This document shows, one piece after another, positions 15,997 through 23,745 of a DNA stretch of 64,000 nt; positions within the stretch are counted from its first letter, which is position 1; every line of letters begins with the position of its first letter. The stretch lies in assembly GCA_964532285.1 (NCBI GenBank), contig CAZHHB010000004.1, positions 425 to 64,424 on the forward strand. Reading direction: 5' to 3'. This stretch comes from an uncultured Candidatus Saccharibacteria bacterium (GTDB lineage: Bacteria > Patescibacteriota > Minisyncoccia > Phycocordibacterales > PALSA-1337). The notes under the pieces were generated by a model. It made no database searches. It was given only the letters and a program-made list of their open reading frames with translations, and was not told the origin of the DNA. The translations under genes were made by a program, and so were the position numbers.

Positions 15997-16230
15997 ATGA
16001 GTACAGAAAAAGAAATTATTGACTTGGTAGTTGCGCGTCTGCAAAACTTGCCATCGAATAAAGAGATTTCTATAGGTTCTTCCGGTGAATTTACCAAGGA
16101 TCAGTTAATTGAGCATGTCAAAAATGATGACGAAATAGGCAAGAAGATGATAGTTATTGAAATGGATTTCTTGAGATCAATGAAAGAAGGAATATTCTAT
16201 GAGCAATACAGCCCTAGTAACAACTCCTAG
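15997..16230 (+). CDS. Hypothetical small protein (77 aa)
   Basis: ORF only. Its 3' end overlaps the next gene by 32 nt. Confidence 0.3.
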   Translation: MSTEKEIIDLVVARLQNLPSNKEISIGSSGEFTKDQLIEHVKNDDEIGKKMIVIEMDFLRSMKEGIFYEQYSPSNNS

Positions 16231-16690
16231 TTCGGATCGTACAACGAGATACATTTCGGCTTGGGCCGAGAATACGATCGAGAAACTGAAGTCCAAACAT
16301 CTTCAGTTTATTTCCCTGATCCGAGAACGAGCCACAACCTCTGTTTTGGAAAGTATGCTCAAAAAACACAATCCTTCTCTTTTGTTTTTGAATGGACACG
16401 GTGGCCCCGATCTAGTCTGCGGTCATGACGATGAGATTTTGATACAAAACGGTAAAAATGAAGCAGTACTCAAGGGTGTAGTTACCTACGCATTATCGTG
16501 TAGTTCTGCCCAAGTACTTGGACCTGCAGCAGTGAGAGCAGGAGCTACTGCTTATATCGGTTACAACGAAGACTTCATCTTTTTCATTTCACCAGAGAAA
16601 ATGAGTAGACCTTTAAGAGTATATGCGCTATCTGATTTGGGATATGAAGAGCTTGGTATGTCATGGAGACAAGAAAGCAATTGTTGTTAA
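16199..16690 (+). CDS. Putative minimal caspase-like (CHAT/C14-like) cysteine peptidase domain protein
   Basis: 163 aa with 'LLFLNGHGGPD' (candidate catalytic His) followed about 45 aa later by 'VVTYALSCSSAQ' (candidate catalytic Cys). This is the His...Cys dyad spacing of caspase/CHAT folds. Recognised by pattern only. Confidence 0.35.
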   Translation: MSNTALVTTPSSDRTTRYISAWAENTIEKLKSKHLQFISLIRERATTSVLESMLKKHNPSLLFLNGHGGPDLVCGHDDEILIQNGKNEAVLKGVVTYALSCSSAQVLGPAAVRAGATAYIGYNEDFIFFISPEKMSRPLRVYALSDLGYEELGMSWRQESNCC

Positions 16691-16738
16691 ATAATAGCAA
16701 TGGTAGGCGTTTCGGGCTAGAATTCAAGGCGTGTGCTA

Positions 16739-16848
16739 TTGACAAATACGGTGTTTAGGTGTATACTACCAAGCATAGTTCTTTGATAAGACTTGCGATT
16801 GGTCATAGCGAAAAATGGCTTAAAACTAGGCTGTTTCTCGCTATGACC
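16739..16848 (+). promoter_or_regulatory. Strong sigma70-like promoter (TTGACA-17-TATACT) followed by an 11-bp perfect-stem hairpin in the 5' UTR of the DGR target
   Basis: TTGACA at 16739-16744, then TATACT at 16762-16767. GGTCATAGCGA at 16801-16811 pairs with TCGCTATGACC at 16838-16848 around a 26-nt loop. Confidence 0.45.
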
Positions 16849-16884
16849 ACTACGGCTCATAGTTCCTCCTCGGATTAGGGGAAA

Positions 16885-17577
16885 ATGAAAATGGGCAAAT
16901 TAGCCCAAGGAGATAAGATTATGAACACAGAATTCATGATTGCAGAAGTAACGCCAGGGAAACTGAATGCGCTGGTAAAAAATATCATGCGTCAAACAGG
17001 CGAAACTGATCCCAATGAAGCTGTACGTCTCGTTAATTCGGGTGAGTGGGTAGTTTCGAAACCGACTCGCAACTGGCGCGAACAAGACGGCGTCATCTAC
17101 TTCTCGGTCACCAGCGATGGCACGACCGGCGAGGACTGGATCACCCGGCTCGAAAGCAAAGGCTTCCGCGTGGGTGACTACGCCAAGCAGGTGCTTCGTT
17201 CGCCGGACTTCAAGCCGACCAGTGGCATGACGACCGAAGTCGCCGTTCTCAAGGGCATGCTCTTCGAGGACAACGATCGGATCACGAAGAAGATTCGCGC
17301 CGAGGCAGACAAGCGCAAGCTGTCCAAGCCGAACGCCGAACTGGCCTGCCTCATCCGTGAGAAGTTCACGGACAAGGAGATTGAAGCGATGGGTCTGTGG
17401 TACATCGTTGCTATGCACGAGCCCATCAACGACTCCGATGGCGATCCGCGCCTCCTCCTCGCTTCCCGCGCTGACGATGGTCGGTGGCTGGATGCGTACT
17501 GCGGCAACCCTGGCCGCAGGTGGAGTCGTGGGCGCGGTTTTGCCTTCGTCGTCCCGCAAGTCAGTTCTCAACACTAA
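16885..17577 (+). CDS. DGR target protein (variable C-terminus, degenerate C-type-lectin/FGE-like ending 'GFAFVVPQ'); GC-rich
   Basis: The last ~45 codons form the VR. An SD 'AGGGGAA' precedes the ATG at 16885 (alternative ATG at 16921). No signal peptide is visible. The body of the gene is much more GC-rich than neighbouring genes. Confidence 0.7.
   Translation: MKMGKLAQGDKIMNTEFMIAEVTPGKLNALVKNIMRQTGETDPNEAVRLVNSGEWVVSKPTRNWREQDGVIYFSVTSDGTTGEDWITRLESKGFRVGDYAKQVLRSPDFKPTSGMTTEVAVLKGMLFEDNDRITKKIRAEADKRKLSKPNAELACLIREKFTDKEIEAMGLWYIVAMHEPINDSDGDPRLLLASRADDGRWLDAYCGNPGRRWSRGRGFAFVVPQVSSQH
17434..17560 (+). repeat. DGR variable repeat (VR)
   Basis: Aligns base-for-base with 17994-18120. All 18 mismatches are at positions where the TR has A. 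The resulting codon changes include AAC(N)->CGC/CTC/TCC/GAT/AGT and TAC(Y)->TGC. Confidence 0.9.
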
Positions 17578-17616
17578 GATCCTCGGGACTTTAGTCCCTT
17601 TGACCTTTGCACTTTG

Positions 17617-17645
17617 GCCCGGCATCACGCAAGTGATGTCCGGGC
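17617..17645 (+). promoter_or_regulatory. GC-rich hairpin about 55 nt downstream of the VR (candidate DGR target-recognition hairpin/cruciform)
   Basis: GCCCGGCATCAC-GCAA-GTGATGTCCGGGC, an 11-12-bp stem with one bulged T. Confidence 0.4.
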
Positions 17646-17993
17646 TAAATTTATGCTAGAATTTTATATGGTAGTAGGCGAATCATGCGGGCGGTTATGA
17701 CTTCCCGCGGCCGAATCCAGTATCCATGAGCTGAGAGCGAGAGCGGTCAGCCCAGTAGGCGAATCAGCAGATTCGCTCTTGGAGTAAATTCTACTGAATC
17801 AGGCTTCTCTCGGAGGGCTCATGTAGACACTTCATCCTTTGACAAGCTCGAGACGATCCTGAGCAAATCGAAGGATCAAAAAATGAAGCTACTTGGTGCA
17901 AGGTGCTATGGCATTATAATAATGCCAAATTCGATTCAACTCTGAGATCGCGTAAGCTTCAAAGGGTGGTGGCATGGAAGGCCTTATGCACAT

Positions 17994-18120
17994 TCCGATG
18001 GCGATCCGAACCTCCTCAACGCTAACCGCGATGACGATGGTCGGTGGCTGAATGCGTACTACGACAACCCTGACAACAGGTGGAATCGTGAGAACGGTTT
18101 TGCCTTCGTCGTCCCGCAAA
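17994..18120 (+). repeat. DGR template repeat (TR), invariant donor copy
   Basis: A non-coding remnant of the target C-terminus with no in-frame start. It carries adenines, including several AAC codons, at every site that differs in the VR. Confidence 0.9.
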
Positions 18121-18125
18121 TCTCT

Positions 18126-18512
18126 TCATTTCTTCCCCGCTTTTGTGGGGAAGTTTTGTTTATCTCGAGCTGTGTCCAAAGTTTTTGTAAGCTGGCCATT
18201 CCAACCTCCTAGATCTCTCCCAACCCCATCTAACTTTATAGAAAGTGCGATATACTTCTTGTCATCCAGTGATTTTGTTTCCCACAGGATCATTAGTAAT
18301 ATTTTCAGTGCATCTAGTTTCTTTATGGACAGGCGCACATACGGATGTTTCTCTTGTGGTGACAAGAAACCCGCTGCCGCGACAGATTCTATGATTTCTA
18401 CGAATAAAGTATCGATTCTGTATCCGAAAGAGTTCCTATTAAATTTCGGTAAATCTTTGTAAAAACCATGCCATAACAAATAAGTATCTTTGACCTTATT
18501 CAAAACAGGCAA
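18126..18512 (-). CDS. avd: Avd-like DGR accessory protein (four-helix-bundle / '23S rRNA intervening-sequence protein' family)
   Basis: 128 aa, basic and helical: 'KVKDTYLLWHGFYKDLPKFNRNSFGYRIDTLFVEIIESVAAAGF'. Size and family match Bordetella-phage bAvd. It is divergently oriented to the RT. Confidence 0.6.
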   Translation of the reverse strand: MPVLNKVKDTYLLWHGFYKDLPKFNRNSFGYRIDTLFVEIIESVAAAGFLSPQEKHPYVRLSIKKLDALKILLMILWETKSLDDKKYIALSIKLDGVGRDLGGWNGQLTKTLDTARDKQNFPTKAGKK

Positions 18513-18521
18513 AATTCGGTT

Positions 18522-18531
18522 GGGGGGGGGG
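18522..18531 (+). repeat. Homopolymeric G10 tract in the avd/RT divergent promoter region
   Basis: GGGGGGGGGG lies between the avd start (18512, minus strand) and the RT start (18542). Confidence 0.9.
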
Positions 18532-18541
18532 TCTTCATAGT

Positions 18542-19573
18542 TTGCGACGGATTCAGTTCAATCATACATACAATGATATCATTTCATTAGAAAATCTTCT
18601 TGAAGCATGGAAGGAATTCGTGAGAGGTAAGCGGAGTAAAAAGGATGTTCAGGAATTTGAACATGATCTGATGAGTAATATCATCTCACTTCATCGTGAT
18701 CTTGCGGCGAAAACCTATGAACATTCCGCATATGAATTCTTCAGAATTTCAGATCCCAAACCGCGCGATATTCATAAAGCGAAGGTAAGAGATAGGTTAT
18801 TACATCACGCCATTCATAGGAAATTGTACCCATTCTTCAATAAAACATTTATTGCGGATTCTTTCTCATGCCGACTTAAAAAGGGAACACATAGAGCCAT
18901 AGATAGATTTCGTACTTTTTCTTACAAGGTCTCAGAAAATCATACCAAGACAGTATGGGTACTCAAATGTGACATTAGAAAATTCTTTGCTTCAGTCGAT
19001 CAAGCCATACTTCTCGGTATTTTAAATAATTACATAAAAGACAAAGACATTCTCATGTTACTTTCGAAAGTCGTGGGCAGTTTTTATTCAACAGAGAAGG
19101 GTGTTGGTTTACCACTTGGTAATCTCACCTCTCAATTATTCGTGAATATTTACATGAATGAATTTGACCAGTTTATGAAACATAAAATAAAGGCAAGATA
19201 TTACATAAGATATGCGGATGATTTTGTTGTTTTTTCACAAGATAAGCCATGGCTTCACGGTATTATTTCGGAGATTACAGGTTTTCTTCTTAATAGACTG
19301 AAACTTCATCTCCATCCGAACAAGATATCTATAAGTACTATTGCTTCGGGTATTGATTATTTGGGTTGGGTCAATTTTCCAGATCACAGAGTCTTGAGGA
19401 CGAAGACCAAGAAGAGAATGTTTAGAAACATAAAAGCGAAAGGCGGAAAAGAAGAAACAGTTCAGTCGTATCTGGGTCTCATCAGCCATGGCAATAGCTG
19501 GAAGTTGCGACAGGAAATTATAAAATCACAGCCATTGACTTCAGTCGTATTTGGGTATATTATCCACATGTAA
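18542..19573 (+). CDS. DGR-type reverse transcriptase
   Basis: Motif 4 'LPLGNLTSQLFVNIY' is the DGR hallmark [I/L]GxxxSQ, essentially the Bordetella bRT 'IGNLTSQ'. Motif 5 is 'YIRYADDFVVF'. Also present is 'PKPRDIHKAKVRDRLLHHAIH'. TTG start at 18542, with an in-frame stop immediately upstream. Confidence 0.85.
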   Translation: MRRIQFNHTYNDIISLENLLEAWKEFVRGKRSKKDVQEFEHDLMSNIISLHRDLAAKTYEHSAYEFFRISDPKPRDIHKAKVRDRLLHHAIHRKLYPFFNKTFIADSFSCRLKKGTHRAIDRFRTFSYKVSENHTKTVWVLKCDIRKFFASVDQAILLGILNNYIKDKDILMLLSKVVGSFYSTEKGVGLPLGNLTSQLFVNIYMNEFDQFMKHKIKARYYIRYADDFVVFSQDKPWLHGIISEITGFLLNRLKLHLHPNKISISTIASGIDYLGWVNFPDHRVLRTKTKKRMFRNIKAKGGKEETVQSYLGLISHGNSWKLRQEIIKSQPLTSVVFGYIIHM

Positions 19574-19574
19574 T

Positions 19575-19592
19575 CCCCAGGAGGGGTTTTTT
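19575..19592 (+). terminator. Rho-independent terminator after the RT
   Basis: CCCCAGGAGGGG followed by TTTTTT. Confidence 0.6.
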
Positions 19593-19609
19593 AATAGAAT
19601 TTCAAAAAT

Positions 19610-19786
19610 ATGAGTCTCAGTAATTACATCAAGGAAACAAAGGCTGAAATGATACATGTCAATTGGCCGACACGCGAACAGACTACTCGCTTTACTGTCA
19701 TGGTTATAGTCTTGTCTTTGGCCACCGCAGCCCTTCTCGGACTATCTGATTTCGTATTCTCAAAACTACTTACACTATTGTTCTAA
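19610..19786 (+). CDS. secE: Preprotein translocase subunit SecE (58 aa; not in the ORF track)
   Basis: Own translation: 'MSLSNYIKETKAEMIHVNWPTREQTTRFTVMVIVLSLATAALLGLSDFVFSKLLTLLF'. It has the SecE 'V.WPTR.E' motif plus a single TM, and lies directly upstream of nusG. Confidence 0.7.
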   Translation: MSLSNYIKETKAEMIHVNWPTREQTTRFTVMVIVLSLATAALLGLSDFVFSKLLTLLF

Positions 19787-19805
19787 CTTTTTAATTAAAT
19801 AAAGT

Positions 19806-20351
19806 ATGACAAAACAACATACAACTGGTGAGAGGAGTTGGTACGCGATACATACATACGCGGGGTATGAGAACGCAGTTGCCCGCAACTTGAAACAGCG
19901 CATAGAATCTCTGGGTATGGAGGACAAGATTTTTGCCGTGATTGTGCCTACAGAAAAGAAGATCAAGGTCAAAGGAGGCAAGAGGGTAGAAGAAGAAGAG
20001 AAGATCTATCCAGGATATGTTCTCGTTGAAATGATCGTGACCGATGATTCTTGGTATGTTGTCAGGAATACTCCACGCGTGACGGGCTTTGTCGGTGCAG
20101 GAGTTTCCCCAGTGCCATTGGATCCCAAAGAAGTTGAGTCTTTGTTCGCTCGTATGCAAACAGGAGAGACACAGCATGCTATAGACCTATCTCCTGGTGA
20201 TCTCATCAAGGTTTCGGACGGTCCATTCAAAGATTTTGAAGGCAAGGTATCAGAGGTTGATACTCAGAGGGGCAAGATCAAGGTCTTGGTGTCCATGTTC
20301 GGTCGCGAGACGCCTGTAGAGTTGGATTTCTTGCAAGTTAAGAAGGTTTAG
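19806..20351 (+). CDS. nusG: Transcription termination/antitermination factor NusG
   Basis: NGN domain 'WYAIHTYAGYENAVARNLKQRIE' and KOW domain 'GDLIKVSDGPFKDFEGKVSEVD'. Confidence 0.9.
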   Translation: MTKQHTTGERSWYAIHTYAGYENAVARNLKQRIESLGMEDKIFAVIVPTEKKIKVKGGKRVEEEEKIYPGYVLVEMIVTDDSWYVVRNTPRVTGFVGAGVSPVPLDPKEVESLFARMQTGETQHAIDLSPGDLIKVSDGPFKDFEGKVSEVDTQRGKIKVLVSMFGRETPVELDFLQVKKV

Positions 20352-20387
20352 TGTACCGTAACCAAATACCATTTTTCATTCAATACC

Positions 20388-20810
20388 ATGGCAAAGAAAA
20401 TCATAAAAAAAGTAAAAGTCATCGCTCCAGCAGGTAAGGCTACACCAGCTCCTCCTTTGGGTCCAACACTTGGTCAGGCAGGCGTCAATATTGGTGATTT
20501 TACGAAAAAATTCAACGATGCTACCAAGGCTATGATCGGCGACATGATCCCCGTTGTCATCACTGTTTACGATGATCGTTCTTACACTTTCGTCTTGAAG
20601 ACCCCACCAGCTTCAAGTCTGATCTTGAAAGCCCTAAAGAAAGAGAAGGGTTCTGGTAAACCAAATTTGAGCAAGGTTGGAACACTTTCCAAAGCTCAAT
20701 TGAAAGAAATCGCAGAGAAAAAGATGCCTGATCTTAATGCCAATACTGTAGAAGCGGCTATGAAAGTTATCGCGGGTACGGCGAGATCTATGGGGGTGGA
20801 AGTTAAATAA
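20388..20810 (+). CDS. rplK: 50S ribosomal protein L11
   Basis: '[38 protein letters not shown]...[22 protein letters not shown]'. Confidence 0.9.
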   Translation: MAKKIIKKVKVIAPAGKATPAPPLGPTLGQAGVNIGDFTKKFNDATKAMIGDMIPVVITVYDDRSYTFVLKTPPASSLILKALKKEKGSGKPNLSKVGTLSKAQLKEIAEKKMPDLNANTVEAAMKVIAGTARSMGVEVK

Positions 20811-20976
20811 TATCTAGGCAAACATAACAAGCGTGTTTTCGAGACAGCCGAGGACCTGTCTGAGCAGAGTATAAATTGCTAGGTTTTTGTGCTCGGACTG
20901 CCAGATGCCCCGTGAGCACAAAAACCTTGCAATTTAACGATAGCGAGTCCCGCAGGCTGGCGAGAAAACACACTTG

Positions 20977-21486
20977 TTACGTTTGCCTGATTACTGAATA
21001 TTCCGACAACACTGCTCCACTCTCTGTCTTTATTGATTCTATAAGTGTTAATCTGTAGTCGAGGTCTTCCTTGAATAACCTGATCCCGTCGCCGAATATT
21101 ACTGGTTCAACAGTCAAATAGAGTTTGTCTACTAAACCGGATTTCATAAACATTGTGTATATCTGTGAACCTCCGCAGATAGCTACTTCTTTGAAACCGC
21201 GATTTTCCAAAACTTTTAATAAATCTGCGGGACTCTTTGTGGTGAGTTCAACGCCTTCTGGTAAATTTTCAATTGGTTCAGGTGAATAGACGATAGTCAG
21301 GCGATCTTTCAGTGCTTTGCCGATAGTTTTCCAGGTATTTTGACCCATGACTACTACACCCGCGCGTTTCGTCATCTCCACGAAGCGCTTTTTGTCGTCC
21401 TTACCAGTCCAAACTGTGGATGGAACGGTAGGATTTTTCGCAATATATCCGTCTGCCGTCAAGGCTACAATGATGAAACAAGTCAT
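20977..21486 (-). CDS. Dihydrofolate reductase family protein (DHFR / RibD C-terminal-like)
   Basis: 'MTCFIIVALTADGYIAKNPTVPSTVWTGKDDKKRFVEMTKRAGVVVMGQNTW...LYLTVEPVIFGDGIRLF'. Confidence 0.65.
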   Translation of the reverse strand: MTCFIIVALTADGYIAKNPTVPSTVWTGKDDKKRFVEMTKRAGVVVMGQNTWKTIGKALKDRLTIVYSPEPIENLPEGVELTTKSPADLLKVLENRGFKEVAICGGSQIYTMFMKSGLVDKLYLTVEPVIFGDGIRLFKEDLDYRLTLIESIKTESGAVLSEYSVIRQT

Positions 21487-21543
21487 AATGTTTTGTATTG
21501 TAGCATATCATTTAATATGATAAGTTAGTGAGACAATAATAAT

Positions 21544-22164
21544 ATGACTACAAAAGGATTTTTCACAAATGGAGGAATATTTGCTCTGGGGTCAAATTTC
21601 AAAGATAGATTTGTACCAAATTATGATAAATTAAAAAAGCTCGTAGAACACTGCAGGGGAATAGGGCTCAAGGTTGTGCTTACCCAGGGAACATACGACA
21701 TGGTCCATATCGGGCATGGCCGTTATTTTGAGGAAGCTAGGAAGCACGGGGATCTGTTGGTGGTCGGAGTAGATAGCGACAAGAAGGTCCGTGCGAGGAA
21801 GGGTCCAGACCGACCTATCGTCCCCCACAAGGAGCGTTTGGAGATGGTTACACATCTGCGTTCGGTTGATGTCGTGACTCTGAAGGAACACAATATGCCT
21901 CGTTTCCACTTGATCAAGACAGTTCAGCCAGATGTTTTGGTTGTTACAAAGGAGACTTTGAAGAAATACAACAAAGAGGAGATTGCCGAGATGAAATCTT
22001 ACTGCGGTAAGATAATCACACTCGCCCCTATGGCTACGACTTCTACTAGTGCCAAGATACGCGTGCTCCAGCTCAAACTCGCCAAGCGTTTCGAGAAGAC
22101 TATCGTCCCGAAGTTGGCTGATATGATCAGCAATGCTCTGGGAGACAAAAAGAGCAAGAAATAA
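21544..22164 (+). CDS. Cytidylyltransferase-like HIGH-motif nucleotidyltransferase (RfaE/HldE domain II or TagD-like)
   Basis: 'GTYDMVHIGHGRYFEEARKHGDLLVVGVDSDKKVRARKGPDRPIVPHKERLEMVTHLRSVDVV'. Confidence 0.6.
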   Translation: MTTKGFFTNGGIFALGSNFKDRFVPNYDKLKKLVEHCRGIGLKVVLTQGTYDMVHIGHGRYFEEARKHGDLLVVGVDSDKKVRARKGPDRPIVPHKERLEMVTHLRSVDVVTLKEHNMPRFHLIKTVQPDVLVVTKETLKKYNKEEIAEMKSYCGKIITLAPMATTSTSAKIRVLQLKLAKRFEKTIVPKLADMISNALGDKKSKK

Positions 22165-22165
22165 T

Positions 22166-23047
22166 ATGATCATCGTCGCTTATGTTCCAGTTCTACATGA
22201 AGGATACAAAAGATTCTTTGATAAACATCCTGAAGCTACGAAATTACTTTTGATTGGTTCGGAAATAATCAAAGACTTCAAACCGCTTGTGAAAGATTTG
22301 AGGGCTTTGGAAGCATCTCTCATTAGAGATTCACTTCTGGCATGGAAGAGATTTGAGACTATTGAAGTGATTGGTGCGAAAGATTTGGAAAAACTGGATT
22401 CTCCCAAGACTAGTATCGTCATGCCTGATGAGGATGTCATGCGTGAGATCAAAGATAAATATTTGCCGAAAGCTTCAGTGACTTTTGACTCTATATTCCT
22501 GCGTTGGGACAAGCATAAATCTACAGAAGGTAAGCCTGTTGAAGCGGATCAGACGGTTTCGGTCAAAGATCTGGATGTAAAAATGATTGCTACATTGAAA
22601 AAAGAAGCGGGTAAAAGCGGAGATTGGTGGAGACATGTAGCGGCGGCCATAGTGAAGAATGGTGAGATAATTTCCCAAACCCACAACAAACATGTGCCGT
22701 CTGAACAGATGCCTTATGTGGACGGAGATCCTAGGAGTGATTTCCATAAGGGTGTAAATCTAGAGCTTTCAACATCTTTCCATGCTGAGGCTTCTCTTGT
22801 TACCGAAGCCGCACGGAAGGGTATCTCTCTAGAAGGAGCAGAAATGTATGCCACAACTTTTCCATGTCCACCATGCGCGAAGATGATCGCATATTCTGGG
22901 ATAAAAAAGCTTTATTATGCTGATGGTTATGGGGTTTTGGATGCTGATAGAATACTAAAAAGTCAGGGCGTGGAGATTGTTTTTGTGGAGACGGGGGAGG
23001 GGGATGCTTCAAAATCTTCGTCTGGAGAGGTTCATTATAGACATTGA
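22166..23047 (+). CDS. dCMP / cytidine deaminase family protein with ~150-aa N-terminal extension
   Basis: The C-terminus carries the zinc-binding motifs 'HAEASLV' and 'PCPPCAKMI'. The N-terminal domain is unassigned. The ATG at 22166 follows the upstream stop at 22164. Confidence 0.65.
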   Translation: MIIVAYVPVLHEGYKRFFDKHPEATKLLLIGSEIIKDFKPLVKDLRALEASLIRDSLLAWKRFETIEVIGAKDLEKLDSPKTSIVMPDEDVMREIKDKYLPKASVTFDSIFLRWDKHKSTEGKPVEADQTVSVKDLDVKMIATLKKEAGKSGDWWRHVAAAIVKNGEIISQTHNKHVPSEQMPYVDGDPRSDFHKGVNLELSTSFHAEASLVTEAARKGISLEGAEMYATTFPCPPCAKMIAYSGIKKLYYADGYGVLDADRILKSQGVEIVFVETGEGDASKSSSGEVHYRH

Positions 23048-23142
23048 GATTAGTTGTTTGTATTTTTTCTATAAATAAAAAGGCAGACAAATGGATTTTG
23101 TCTGCCTGCGAAATCCGTGTGTGGAGTGGGTGGATTGGTAGA

Positions 23143-23745
23143 TTAGATTCGACCTTCCACCAGTTTCTGTTCGTACTCGAGCAGTTCGCTGACTTGTACC
23201 CCAGCATACAAGCGTCCATAGATGTGCATGCGGGCGATAGCCTCCTGGAATTTTTTCGGATTCTTAGCCAGAGTTACTTGGATGTCTCCAGTTTGATCAG
23301 GAACAATAATATTGGCATGCAGGTGCAGAACACTTCCGGCATTGAACTTTGGCGTACCGAATCTCATCACAAATCCTCCTCCGATGATATCAAACTCACG
23401 GCATGCCCCAAGCATCAATGCACCAATCTGCGTGAAGTCTGACTGATTGAGTCCTTGTTCCGGCATGATGTGCTTGATAGGTGCCATCATCAGATGAAGC
23501 ACCGAATGTTTGATTGGAAAGGGATTCTTCCATATCCGCCACCCACCGACCGATTGCGCAATCACAACATTTTTCTTGTCGAGGGGATCGCAGAAGGGGC
23601 ATTTGCCGGCGTCGTAATCAGTACGCATACTTTCATACTGCTCGAACCCTCTACAATTAATGAGAGTCAGTACCTGATCAGCGGTTAACCCCTCAATTAC
23701 AGGAATTGGTATTCCTGCATAAGTTGCTACAGTATTCATTTTCAA
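23143..23745 (-). CDS. GalT-like HIT-superfamily protein (paralogue of 24020..24478)
   Basis: 'GKCPFCDP' Cys pair plus a histidine-triad-like 'VLHLHANIIVP'. Confidence 0.4.
   Translation of the reverse strand: MKMNTVATYAGIPIPVIEGLTADQVLTLINCRGFEQYESMRTDYDAGKCPFCDPLDKKNVVIAQSVGGWRIWKNPFPIKHSVLHLMMAPIKHIMPEQGLNQSDFTQIGALMLGACREFDIIGGGFVMRFGTPKFNAGSVLHLHANIIVPDQTGDIQVTLAKNPKKFQEAIARMHIYGRLYAGVQVSELLEYEQKLVEGRI

Larger units (their letters stand above)
16885..19592 (+). mobile_element. Diversity-generating retroelement (DGR) cassette: target gene with VR, then TR, then avd (opposite strand), then RT
   Basis: See the component features. The 127-bp VR and TR differ at 18 positions, all of which are A in the TR. 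The RT carries LGNLTSQ and YADD. An Avd-like four-helix-bundle gene lies between TR and RT. Confidence 0.85.

Noticed and set aside
16900-17628. 242-aa ORF on the minus strand covering the whole DGR target gene
   Set aside because: It lies antisense to a well-supported CDS in a GC-rich stretch where long spurious ORFs are expected. It has no RBS and no motifs, and it would overlap the VR.
18052-18462. 136-aa plus-strand ORF spanning the TR and running antisense through avd
   Set aside because: Its N-terminus is just the TR read in frame ('...LTTGGIVRTVLPSSSRK'). The rest is antisense to the Avd-like gene. The TR is better explained as a non-coding template.
20876-21058. 60-aa ORF after rplK as a possible rplA remnant
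   Set aside because: The translation ('MLGFCARTARCPVSTKTLQF...') has no similarity to L1. The region is dominated by a 13-bp perfect hairpin and looks non-coding.
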